64,000 nucleotides of DNA from Saccostrea echinata (taxonomy: Eukaryota): contig NW_026889794.1 in assembly GCF_033153115.1 (NCBI RefSeq), forward strand, positions 4,278,001 through 4,342,000, in the 5' to 3' direction. Each line of letters begins with the position of its first letter. The first letter of the stretch is position 1. The notes beneath the pieces are model-generated. The model was not told where the DNA came from, ran no database searches, and worked only from the letters and a program-made list of their open reading frames with translations. Positions 1 through 11,723 of this stretch are shown here, in pieces. The position numbers and the translations under genes are program-made.

Positions 1-2792
1 ATCCTTAACATTGTGTTCATTCCTCTGAAAAAAAGAAAAGCAAAATCTTAAAAAAAATTAGACATAAACCTACGTTACATGTACATGTATACAATTTTCA
101 TTTTTGTAAGCAGTATGTTTACTTACTCTGTGCCCCTGCTGATGGCCTCACACACATCTGAGGTGTCTTTGGAGGAGTGGAACTTGTGGTCCATGTACAG
201 CATGTTCCTCAGAATATTTGTGGCAACTTTCCTCATGGAACTCTGGGCTACTTCACTGAATACATAATTCCTCATCTCACTGAAGAATGTGGACAAAATC
301 CTGGCAATGCCATCTACAATTAATATTTCTGAGATTATAAAATTACTCTTACAGATGGAATTATGTACATGTATGTATTGTGTCAAGTCATAATCAGCAT
401 CAAGGAAGATAACTTTTGAAGACCACTGAAAACATAACATATATCTACTTTTCATTCCTTTTTCTTTCCTTTTTTTCAAACTAAAACTTATTCAATCAAA
501 TTACACAAGTAAGGAGATAGAAAGTCTATTAAAAGTGACAAATATACTAAGAAAACTGGAAAATTTATCCATCAAAGAATCACTCCCTTATTCTGACCAA
601 ATTGAAATGAAAAATAACATGGCTTGAGAACTCTAAGGGCATTATTTGGGCAAGTTAAGTACCGGGTAATTCAAAATAATCAATATGGCTTGAAAAAAAA
701 TGTATACAAAAAACTAACAAAAGAGAGCATAAACTAAAGATGGTGAGAATTTTAAAACCTACAGATTAACATGGATCCTGTAGCTACTGTTAAGACAGCA
801 GTTGGGGCACTGGTCAAGTCCAGGAAGTTTTCTTTATCTCCAAGGTAATCTACTGCATATTTAAATATAAATGGCACACAAATATTGATGGCCTGAAATA
901 AAAGCAAAAAAGGTGTGACAAATTAATTCATTATAAGTGAATACAAAGATAAATAAACTACTACAGTGTAACTAATTAAACAATTTAAGTTTGAAGCACA
1001 TTTGTTTCACTTCGAAAAAGTTACTAACCATGTTAAAAATAAACAAAATTTGATTAAAGAGGTCAAGTAGAAAGAACAATTCATTCAGGTAACCTAACCT
1101 GAATGGTACAATTAAAAAGTCACACTTTCAAGGATGCAAATTTTTCCTTCTCCTCTTTAATCTTCCCCTCCCACCACTACATTTTAATAAATAATTTAAA
1201 CCTTAGAGCCAAGAAGTAGCGAGGTTGTTAATATGATGCGCCGTTTGATGAACCAATCATCTTTAGGCCAGATAAAACTAAGAAGGTATCGTCGAATTTC
1301 TTTATTGGTGACATCAGGAGTTCTCTCATCTTCCTTTTTAGCTGCAGGCTTTGTAGATAAAACTCTCGCCTCAACAACAGCATTATTCCAAGAGCGCTGA
1401 AAGAAAGAGAACATAAAAGCTACCAATGTGTCAAGGCATTGAGTCAAGGCATTAGCAACATTTTATTTAAGGTAAGGTTTGTGATTACAAAGAGATAACT
1501 CAAATATTGTTAACAAGGATGCCATGGATCATCCGAGCATTTGAAACAAAAGTAAATATTACAAATGTAGACATGCGTAGTCATTCAAGTCATGGTGTTT
1601 TCGAGATAAAAGAGGTAAATTTTAGTGTTGTCAATGAAAAACCATCTGAGTAACCAGTTATTCGATCGGAAAAATAAGCGAGTAACTGGTTACTAAAAAT
1701 TGTCCGATTTGACAACAATAGTAAATTTCAATCCCAAAAATTATTCTTCAAGCAATTTAAAGACAGTGAAGTGAAAAGGGATTCATTAGAAAAATCTTCC
1801 AGTGGAAAACTCAGTGAAAGACAACCACAATTTCACCTTGCAAACCTTACCTTAATACCATCAACATATGCATACCTAGTCCGAAATATCTGACGTTTTC
1901 CAGGCTTTTTTCACGATTTTGATATTTTACGTGCCAGGAAAACGTCAGAACCGGCGCCATTACGAAAACTGGAAATTTCACCGTCTCCAACCGGGGCTGA
2001 TTTTCGATACTTGCAAACTGAGTTAAATGCCGAACTTACTATTTATCAGTACCAGAATGCCCCTAGTACTCACCAATATCGATGAAAAGAAAATATCACT
2101 CCACATTTCGATTTGGTTTTGCAAGAGTTTAAAATGCACGAAATGAAAAGAAATTCGACTGTGTGATAAAATGGTTTTCACCAGATTGTATTTTTCATAA
2201 ACAAACCCATATAAACGATGCTGGTGAGTATTAAAGGCATTGTACTATTGATAAGTTGTGAATTCAGCATTTAATTCGGTTCGCAGGTATCGAAAATCAA
2301 CCCGAGAATGCCGTCTCCAGTTGGAGGCGGCGAATTTCCAGTTTTTGTAATGGCGCCGGTTCTGATGTTTTCCTGGCACGTAAAATATCAAAATCGTGAA
2401 AAAAGCCTGGAAAACGTCAGATATTTCGGACTAATGCATACCCATCTTAATTAAAGGCATGTATATTCCATATATTATTTTAATTTTACAAATACACATA
2501 CCTTCAGAAAAGTATTTTCATGACACAAGCTTCCAAGTACAGCTTTCTCAGGAGCATGACCCTGAAATTTTTGATTTAAGAATAATAAAAAAGTACATGT
2601 ATCTCCATTTCATATTCAAACAGTCAAAGTGAACGTCCGTAAATCTGACCTTATGTTACTCACGGGTTTGAAATTATGTAAATACTGTCTACATAGATTG
2701 TATTTTGGTACACTGCTTTGGCATAAGGGTTTTAAATTCAGAATTCTATGTGAACATTGTCTACATTGCAGTATTTTTGCAAGGCCTGTCAT
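1..2792 (-). CDS. ABCB7: Mitochondrial ABC transporter ABCB7/ATM1 (Fe-S cluster export), 5' portion; gene continues beyond the window start
   Basis: Hand-spliced GT-AG exons in frame: 2664-2792, 2502-2561, 1202-1396, 763-892, 127-313 and 1-24 (partial). Translation: MTGLAKILQCRQ (basic, targeting-peptide-like)...YLLSFIWPKDDWFIKRRII...GSK|AINICVPFIFKYAVDYL...YGIARILSTFFSEMRNYVFSEVAQSSMRKVA...ISRGTEGM. This matches the ABCB7 motifs WPKD, VPFxFKYAVD, YGxxR, RNxVFxxVAQ and RGT. Confidence 0.88.
1471..1851. mobile_element. Non-autonomous DNA transposon (MITE) with TTAA target duplication, Kolobok-like
   Basis: TTAA at 1467-1470, then GGTAAGGTTTG ... CAAACCTTACC, then TTAA at 1852-1855. The TIR is 11 bp and there is an internal palindrome (agtaaccagtta...taactggttact). 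A TTAA TSD with purine-purine ends fits Kolobok better than piggyBac. Confidence 0.7.
1877..2433. mobile_element. Foldback MITE with long TIRs and 9-bp TSD (AcademH-like or Mutator-like)
   Basis: Begins TAGTCCGAAATATCTGACGTTTTCCAGGC and ends GCCTGGAAAACGTCAGATATTTCGGACTA. The inverted arms cover most of the element. An exact 9-bp direct repeat ATGCATACC flanks it at 1868-1876 and 2434-2442. Confidence 0.88.
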
Positions 2793-2922
2793 TCCCTCAG
2801 CTGTACTTTCACTTCCGGTGAGTACATATAGATATTCCGTACATAAAAAATTCCTTTTCATTCATTTCTGAGAACGAGTTAGTTTTGAATGCAATTTTCC
2901 GGGAAGCCGCACGAGGATTACG
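2793..2922. promoter_or_regulatory. Compact bidirectional promoter/5'UTR region between ABCB7 and UPRT
   Basis: Only 130 bp separate the divergent ATGs (2792 on -, 2923 on +). Contains an ETS-type ACTTCCGG (2811-2818) and TTCCGGGAAG; no obvious TATA box. Confidence 0.65.
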
Positions 2923-5900
2923 ATGGAGCCAGATTTAATACAAAATTCTCATGTACATCACAATAGTTATGAGGACACTGACTTCGGACCAAAGTTTAAG
3001 AAGTTGAGAATAACTGACAACGTCAGAGAATTACAGACTGTGTTACGTGACAAGTAGGTGTTTAGTGTCATTTCATATTTCTGTTGTAATCGACTGTAAT
3101 TTCTTTTGTTTACAAACACGTGTTAAAACATTAAAACGAGAATAAAACTTTGCCAAAGGTCTTCTAGATGTAATTGAACAAATATACATTTTTATATTTA
3201 GTGGTGTTCATGTTGTTAGGCAGTCACCCCCCCCCCCCCCTCAAAAAAGCAAACCCCCCCCCCCTTCACCAAATATCTAAATATCAGAGCAAGCAATGCA
3301 ATATACATGATATGCTATGCCACTATACAGACATAAGACATTTATGTCTCAGAGGTTATAAAATGAAGCAAATTCATAATGAAGTTTATAAAATTATTTA
3401 GGTATTTTTTTTTGGTTCAGATATCTTGAACAGAACATACTTTAGGTTAAATTATTTGATGTTTTTATTGTACAGTAGGCCTAATGTGCAACATAACTTA
3501 TGATACACATTAGACAAGAAGTAGATACAATGACTTTATTTGCAAATAAAAGCTGTTGCTAGGTAAATGTAGATCGACATTTTTCTTACAAATTGTTAAT
3601 TTGTAATTCAAACTGAATTCGTCTTCAGATTTTCCGTTTACCAGATCATGACAAGGGGAGCACATGGCAGGTAACCCAAGACGACAGGGGATGCCTACTC
3701 CTCCATGGCACCTGATCACACCTCTGTTTTCAGAGGTCCTAGTTGGCTTTGTTTATAATTTGTATTATTTAAATGGACTCTTTAGATACATGATCACTGT
3801 TCGTTATCTTCAGATTTTACCTTTCCATATCGTTTTTCCTTTGGAAAGCTACTATTATAATTTGTATATCTAAAAAGTTTTCCTAAATGTCCTGATGTAA
3901 TGTGTAATCTGGTCTGTGTGGGTAGGTTAAGGTTACCTGTCAAAAATTATATTGCACGTATGCAGTCTCTTCTCTGAACAACCAAGAAAAGATCTCAAGA
4001 CACTGCAAACTTGAGCTGTCATGATGTGGAGAGTGTCATAAAACTTTACAACTTAATTGATAGTGCATGTAAAATGAATGCTATTGTAAAATCCATATGT
4101 CTACATTGTCCGCGGTTTGAGGATTTGTTATATTTATTTATTTCATATTTTAAAGTTAACAATATTTTATTTCATTTCCCTAAATTGGCATTCAGTGTAT
4201 CAATATGATAACAAAGAAATAGAATTGTAAAGTTGCATGTAACAGGTAGCATTTATCATTAATGTAATCATTATATAATGTAACTGACTGGTGCAAGTGA
4301 TTGATAAGAATTAATTTAACACATTATCCTTGATTTGGGAGGAATAAGTTGTATGTTCTCTTTCTGAATCTTATTTAGGATGCTGTTGTGATTGCTTCAG
4401 TATTAGTATTAATTGCAGTGCTATAGAGAAAATACATGTACCAACAAATACATGGGTTCATTGCAAGTTGAAATTCTCATATAAAAATATTTTCTTTAAG
4501 AGGTACATGTGCATGTAACTACTCATTGACAAGTTCGTCGCTAGCACTTTTCAGGTTTTTTACATTAGAAAATGAGTTCATTTATGTAACAAAAAAAAAG
4601 ACAGTGTTAATCACTTGCATAGAAGCAACTGACATCCAACACATTTAAAAAATATAATTGAATGTAACTTGATCATCAAGGTCATGTGACATTGTGACTG
4701 TCAAAATATATCTAATAGAACCCTCTGTGCAAATTGACTGTACTTACATACAGAGTTCATAAATTAAAATAGAAATTGGGCTAGCTTGCAATGTAATGAT
4801 GTATAAGCTTCCAACAACTTTAACATAGCTGCATGTCCTATGAATAAGAACATTTAATAGCACAATAAAGATATATATAATAATGATGTACATTCAATTT
4901 TTTATTAAAATGTGAAATTTCTATTTTTAGATCAACATCACGAGGGGATTTTATTTTTTATGCAGATCGATTGGTAAGGAAAATATATGAAAAATTAAGA
5001 GTAATACCTTAGTACGCTTCAACTACATATCAAAGAAAATGCAGTGCTAAAGTATTTTCATTACTGCCGAGGAATTAAACTTGACAAAAGATCTTTCTTG
5101 CCCTTCCTATTAATATTCATAATTATTAAGATCATATTTGTGATAATTCTTTGATAATAAAGAAGTTACTATCCCTGCTTAAAAGTTACCAGTAATTAAT
5201 AGCCGAGCTGGTCATCTGGTTGCTTATCACAGAATGGAATTTTTCTTAACACTTGACGTGTATTACAAAAATGATATATTGTTGCCAACTCTTGTACCGG
5301 TACATATTACTTATGATTGACATTTTAACATAATGTTTCTTATCAGATTCGCCTTGTAGTTGAGGAGGGTCTCAATCAACTTCCTTACAGATCAAGCGAG
5401 GTCACCACTCCTACAGGTAAGTTGAGTATTGGGGGGGGGGGTGGGGGTGGGTAGTCCTTCTTTTCACTTGTAGAATTACTGCATATAGTAATGATGAATC
5501 CCATGTGTTAGACATAAAGTTTGCATACATAATATTCATTGTACAATAAAATGTCAAAGCCTATCTAGAGGAGATACATGTATTAGTCATTTAAATTAAA
5601 TACCAAGATTTTTAATGTGTAGACAGAATTATTGAATTTTTAAAAATCAAAGTTCATGTTTTCAACATGTTCAAATTCATTCCTTTCACATATACATGTT
5701 TTTCAAATAACACCCAGTCAAGAAGATGTATTGAATAAACTCTGAATAATAACATATATTTTGGGTTATATTGCAGGACAGGTATACAGTGGTCTAAGAT
5801 ATGAGAAAGGAAATTGTGGGGTCAGCATAATGAGAAGTGGTGAGTCAACCTATGTGTTAGAGCTAGTATTCTCCAATATGTTGTAGGAAATAATTTTCTA

Positions 5901-8406
5901 TGAAAAGTAAACTTTATATAAATGCCAAAAATTTTTGGTGTTTCTTCATACTTTATGTAATTTCAAATCAAGTTTAATTCAGACTGTATTTTATATATAT
6001 ACATGGATGTGAAAGGTAATGTACATGTATGTCTTACAATCCTTCACAAATCTCCAGGCAGTAAATGAATTTAAGAAATTTGTAAACTTGACCAGATTTC
6101 TTTGTTTTACTATGACAGGAGAGGCGATGGAGCAAGGTCTTCGAGACTGTTGTAGGTCGATACGTATTGGAAAAATCCTCATCCAGAGTGACGAGGACAC
6201 ACACGAGGCCAAGATTGTATATGCCAAACTCCCTCCTGATATTGCTGACCGCAAGGTGCTCCTAATGTACCCCATCTTGAGTAAGTGTGGTATAACACCC
6301 TGTTGTTGGAAAAATGGATATTTTTCTAGGCTCACCAAGTTTTTAGTTAGGACTACATGGAATCATCTCAATGATTTCCCCCATAGGAAAGCCTGACATA
6401 GTGATCCGACATGTTAAACCATCAGTGATTTGTAGCTGAGTTAAGGCTTTTGTTGTTACATGTATTTTGTACTGGAAAATTCTGTGAAACACCTATATTG
6501 TATGAGGTTTACTGTTAGCTGTATGACCATTGGCTAACATTGGCTGAGGGTAACCTTGATGGACTATTATATAAATAGTGCACGTTTTTGAGGGTAACAG
6601 TTGAAATTGACACCCCAAGGAAAACCATTGTCAACCGACGCGTCAGCGGAGGTTGACAATGGTTTTCCGAGGGGTGTCAATTTCAACTGTTACCCTCAAA
6701 AACGTGCACCATTTATTTTATTATACTGAATGTCTTATTGATTTCGGATGTCATAAAAAAATTCGGAGATCGTCGTTAAGTTCACGCTTAGAAAGCTTTC
6801 AAACTCCCCGCTTCTATTTTTCTCAATAAGAAAGCTTCGGAAAAGATTTACCAACCTCTTTATAGCTTGTTTGCTACTCAAAAAGTCCTTTATCATCTAA
6901 AGTTTGCACTCGCAAGGATGTTTCGTCTGTCGTTTGTTGTTTTCAAGTAAGCTTCATCGGACGCAAGCTTTTAATGAAGTCGTTTATGCTGCTTCTTTCA
7001 AACGCACAACTGACGTTTTGAGAATTCTACGGTGAACCGTACGCGCATGATTTGAACGCATGTGATATTTTCGTAATATTACCCGTTGCTAAGTGTGTTG
7101 CTAACGCTGAGGGTAACATTACGGATAGTTAAATGCGTCTAAACCAATCAGATTTTAGTATTTAACATGAAAGTATAATAAAGTATGATATTGTTCACTT
7201 CAGAAGAATATCTGACTCTCTAGTATAGATCACAGAAAATGATTATAGTACATGTACAGTGTATGTCTCAGAGTTTCTATTCTTTATGGGGAAAGTAATA
7301 ATTAGCACAGTCATGAGTATAAACATAGTTTTAACGTGTGTAATATTCAAATTGTTGTCCTATAGTATCTTATGCCCTTGAGATGGGAAAAAACAGGATA
7401 TAATGGGTACATGTATAATTTTCTAATTGGCTGTGTAATAATCACCTTGTTCACAAATTTAACACCATACACATACCTATTCTTAAAGTCATGAGACAGA
7501 GACTTTACAAAAGATGAAGGTCTCTTGTTGTGCTAAGATCAAAGATTGAGTATAGTTTTGCTACAATAGGAATTTCACACCCTCTTAAGTTATACAGAGA
7601 TATATAATTATTGAGAAAAGGTCAAGGTTTTCAGTTTGGCCAAAGTCATACTTTTTTAAGTTTTAAAGACCAGATTCAAATTTGCATCCATTGGATCTTC
7701 ACACCATCTGGAACATTTTATTTTTGTATCTTACCAGGTACAGGGAACACTGTAGTAAAGGCCTGTGCAATACTCACAGACCACAAAGTACCGGAGGAAA
7801 ATATCATCCTATTGAATCTCTTCACAACTCCACAGGGTAAGCAAAATACATGACAAAGTAATAACGATAGTATTCAATGTTAGTAAAGAACTCAAGTCTT
7901 AGCTCCAACCAGCTTGTTATCTTATTAGTTGCTAATTTTCAAATTTATCAATCTCAGGGTTTTAGTATTTATTTCTGTTTTGTTTCAGCTATAGAAAAAG
8001 CACAGGATTTTCACATTATTTATTTTTCACGTATATATTAAAAAAATAACCCCATACCTTGTAAATAACTTTAAGGTATGGGGACGGGTTAATTTTTTCA
8101 ATAAGAAAAATATGTGACAACAAGTGCCTGTGGTATAGGCTCATTGTTATGCTATACAAACTTTGTAGAATATAAAATTTTGTTTGATTTTCAAACTGAA
8201 TAGATAAACCATTGGTTAGCCCTGTATTTCTAGATACATAATTTATGATAATATTATAACTGCATTTATCAGAGACAAATCTTACTCTTTCTATTTCAGC
8301 TGTTCGCTTGGTCCAGAATAAATATCCAGAAGTGACCATCTTGACATCAGAAGTTCACCCTGTGGCACCTAATCATTTTGGACAGAAGTATTTTGGTACA
8401 GAATAA
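2923..8406 (+). CDS. UPRT: Uracil phosphoribosyltransferase homolog, 7 coding exons, 224 aa
   Basis: Exons 2923-3053, 4931-4973, 5347-5416, 5777-5839, 6119-6280, 7738-7836 and 8300-8406 (675 nt, all GT-AG, in frame). Motifs: [94 protein letters not shown]. Confidence 0.95.
3610..3828 (+). mobile_element. 3'-terminal fragment of a Penelope-like retroelement (structured repeat copy A), in UPRT intron 1
   Basis: Homologous to 63681-63891 (+) and to the 3' end of the RT-bearing fragment at 57340-57918 (-). Shared core: CAGGGGATGCxTACTCCTCCATGGCACCTGATCxCACCTCTG. Confidence 0.7.
6571..7182. mobile_element. Non-autonomous element with a 146-bp terminal palindrome plus an adjoining short-TIR segment (superfamily uncertain, possibly Crypton-type)
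   Basis: Near-perfect inverted arms at 6571-6636 and 6651-6716 around a 14-nt loop. The following segment is bounded by tttattatact ... agtataataaa (about 6717-7182). Lies in UPRT intron 5. Confidence 0.65.
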
Positions 8407-10410
8407 TGAACGTTGGAAAGCTCAATAGCTCTCAGTGTGAATGCTTGGTAATGAATATGTCTTAAGTTTTGGTATGTCTGTAAAAAATGAGAACTTAGAA
8501 GGAACAATTTTTTCGTCTGCTTTAAATCAATTGTCCATTTTTTTTCCCCTTCATTTTTTTTTTCATGAATGCCTTTTTGGTTGATGAAATATCTCTTTAA
8601 AAAATCTCAGGAATATTTGGCATTGTTCACCGAGATTTCCGATTTGACACATGTATGATTATAATTATGTTCATGTATATTATATACATATAATGAAAGG
8701 ACTAATGTAATTTAACATTTGATAATTAAATTAGATTTACATGTATGATGAGCATTTACTGGTGCCAGGAATTGTGTGATAATGTTTTGGTGTTTTTTAA
8801 AGTATTATTAAATGTTTATACATTATTTGTTGCAACAATGTAAACAACAATGTAAAATGCACAAAGCCCTTTTTTCCCTTTTATTAATGGACTTTTTGTC
8901 TTTATTTTTTGTAAAAATCTTGACATATACAAAGTATCATGATACTAGTTGATTGTAAATTGAAACTAGGTGTTTATTTCTCTCAGTAGTCTCTAGCCGT
9001 ATGACTGAGAATATGGGTATGAATGAGGATGGAATATAATTACATGTGTAATATGTTGTGTCTGACTCAGTAAAATTTACTTATTCCACTAATTGCATTA
9101 TTGCAATAACAGTATATACTGAGTACATGTATAATCAAATGACACACCTTAATCTTGTACTTTACCAAAATACTGAAAACAAACTTTTTTCCATGGGGTC
9201 ATAATTCCATGAAATCAGAATTTCTGTTCAATCTGTGGGTAGAAAATTATGCAGATTTTTCTTGGAATGTGTTTACATGTCCTTAATGCATTTTAAGTCT
9301 GCATACGTAGTATAAATTAATCCCATACGGAAAAAAGTACACCTACAGTAAATGATCATACCAACGTATTTTCATTTTTTTTCTCTGTAACATATACCAA
9401 AATAAAAGATTATTTATCCAAAAAGGTCACATTGCTTGTATTATCATGATAATACATGGTAAATATGATTTTTGTTTTTGTTGAGTACATTATGCATACT
9501 TTTGTATTTTATCAGAGCATTTATATAAAACTAGAATATGTTTACATGTATTAGAATTGGAATGTGCAATTAAAAATTAACAATTATATTTGCATTATGA
9601 CACAAGGGCTTCATTTGTGAAAAGAACTCAATTTTTAACACATGTATCAGAGTTATGGCCTTTGACATAAAATAACTGGAACTTAATTAATTCTTATTTG
9701 TTTTGTCATGTAAATTGTTAAGGAAGAAAAAAATGGATGTATTTAATATTTACAAGATATTTTCACAAGTTATAAAATTGTTAATTATGGAGATGCTGTC
9801 TTGAAAGTGAGTCTGTTATACCTATCTAGTAAAAAAGCAGTTTACATTGATTTGATATTAATATCTTTATGTTTATAGTAAATGTTGACGTGTACTGGTA
9901 TACTGAAAACTGCCACAATCTATAGAAATTTGTTCATTTCTTGAAAATACATATGTGTAGCTAGAATTACCTTTACTTGTTCATTTTGAATCAGAATAAA
10001 GCAATTCTGTATGAAATGGAGTACCTATGCATCTCTTTTTAAAGCCAATAAGAAAAGGATATGTTGATGAAATACAGTATTTCAGATGCTGTTAGAACGA
10101 AAAAAAAATCTTACTGGTTACTGAGCTCTCTGTAAATTGTGGTGAAAATTTATCACCAGCTAAACTCTGTAATAGATCATGTCGGCTGCATCATCAAAAT
10201 TGATTTCTGTGCATGAACTGCACAGGATTCAAGACAAATAAAACATTGACTCACATTAATACTTTTTATCCCCCCCCCCCCCACCCCCCAGAAAGGAAGA
10301 ACAATTTCTGAGTTTCCATGTTTGTTATTTTTTTAAGTTGGAAGATTACATGAAAAAAGTAACACCAGAATGTATGCTTAAAGCTGACATGATTGATTAA
10401 ATATGCAATG

Positions 10411-10608
10411 CTGTAAAATCACTTATTTTCGTGGGGTCAAATTTTTTAGTTTGAGGAAAATATATTGGTATGAAAGAATTTGATTTTGTAGGTAAAAAAA
10501 GACTTTATACTGTTGATGTGTTGTATAGAATTTTAACATATTTGTGGGCATCTTTATACCACGAAATCAACAAAAATTAGACCCTCATTAAATTTAGGAA
10601 TTTCACAG
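10411..10608. mobile_element. Degenerate CTGT...ACAG-ended MITE
   Basis: ctgtaaaatc...tttcgtgg at the left end and ccacgaaa...gaatttcacagta at the right end; same end type as 20016-20222. Confidence 0.4.
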
Positions 10609-11723
10609 TAGTTTTGTTCTTCAAATACATGACCTGCATGTCCTGTATAACTGTTAAGCTTACAGAGATATGCACTTCCAGAATGCCTTCTAAATTTGTC
10701 AGTAAAAAGCTATAATTCTTAGAGATATCAATCCTGTATATATAATAAAAAAAATCAATTTAGAGTAATCTTGAAAATCATCCAAACCTCCCATTTTATA
10801 TTTAAATCTGTTTTGTGGTGATTCATGTCATACTTTGTTCCATGGCCATATATAACTTCAGCCAAATAACAGGTAAAAGAAAACACCATAACACACAATA
10901 AAAGTTTTAATATTAAAGCAACAAAAACAATTCATATTAATGCTGGTACAATGTACTGTAAATCATTATATTTCATGTGACTTTTTTCGGTGAGACAATA
11001 GCACTGCATTTATACCAGATATAAATCTTATGTATATTTCCTAGACAATAAATAATTAAAGTCATTTCCCATAACTAGTCTATTGATGAAAATTTATTTT
11101 CAAGATGAGACAATAATTACTTTAGTGCATCTATGGTTGCATTTCCATAAAAAAAAATCTCCATGTATAAAAAAAACATTCCTCTCCTGCATCACATTGC
11201 TCTCTCTAGCAAAATTTTTTTCACATAAATTTGGTCTTTTTGATGACATGTCTCTTTATAGAAAGAATTATCAATGACCTATTAAACCTATAAAAAAATT
11301 TCAATCGTCTCCCTCCCTTGCTTCCAAATTTTTTGGAGAAATTTGAGTCCTGCTTATCCAAGCATGCTTTTTAACAAGTTTGGTTGAAATAATAATACAG
11401 AGTTAACAGACAAGACACCAATTGGATGGGCAGAAAAAATTAAGAAAATTTTTGATTAGAAAAGCTTACTTGAGCCTTTGGCCCAGATGTGCTAAGAAGT
11501 TGCAGACAAGAAAGATAATTAAGCATACACTAGCTAGGGTTTATGTTCAACAAACAACAATACTTATTTTAGAAAACAACACTTTATAAAAGGTTATAAA
11601 ATAACTATAAAAAACAGCACTTTAAACAAATTAAATAAAATACTGAAGCATAGAAGCCTTCTTTTCTTGTAAAGTTTAAAGTTAATACTAGTATAACATT
11701 ATTTTTTGCAAAAAATAACCTGA

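Noticed and set aside
11370-11495. Short degenerate HINE-end fragments (also about 17520-17698, 31540-31745, 47290-47460)
   Set aside because: Recognisable only as eroded repeat ends; the boundaries are too uncertain to list as features.
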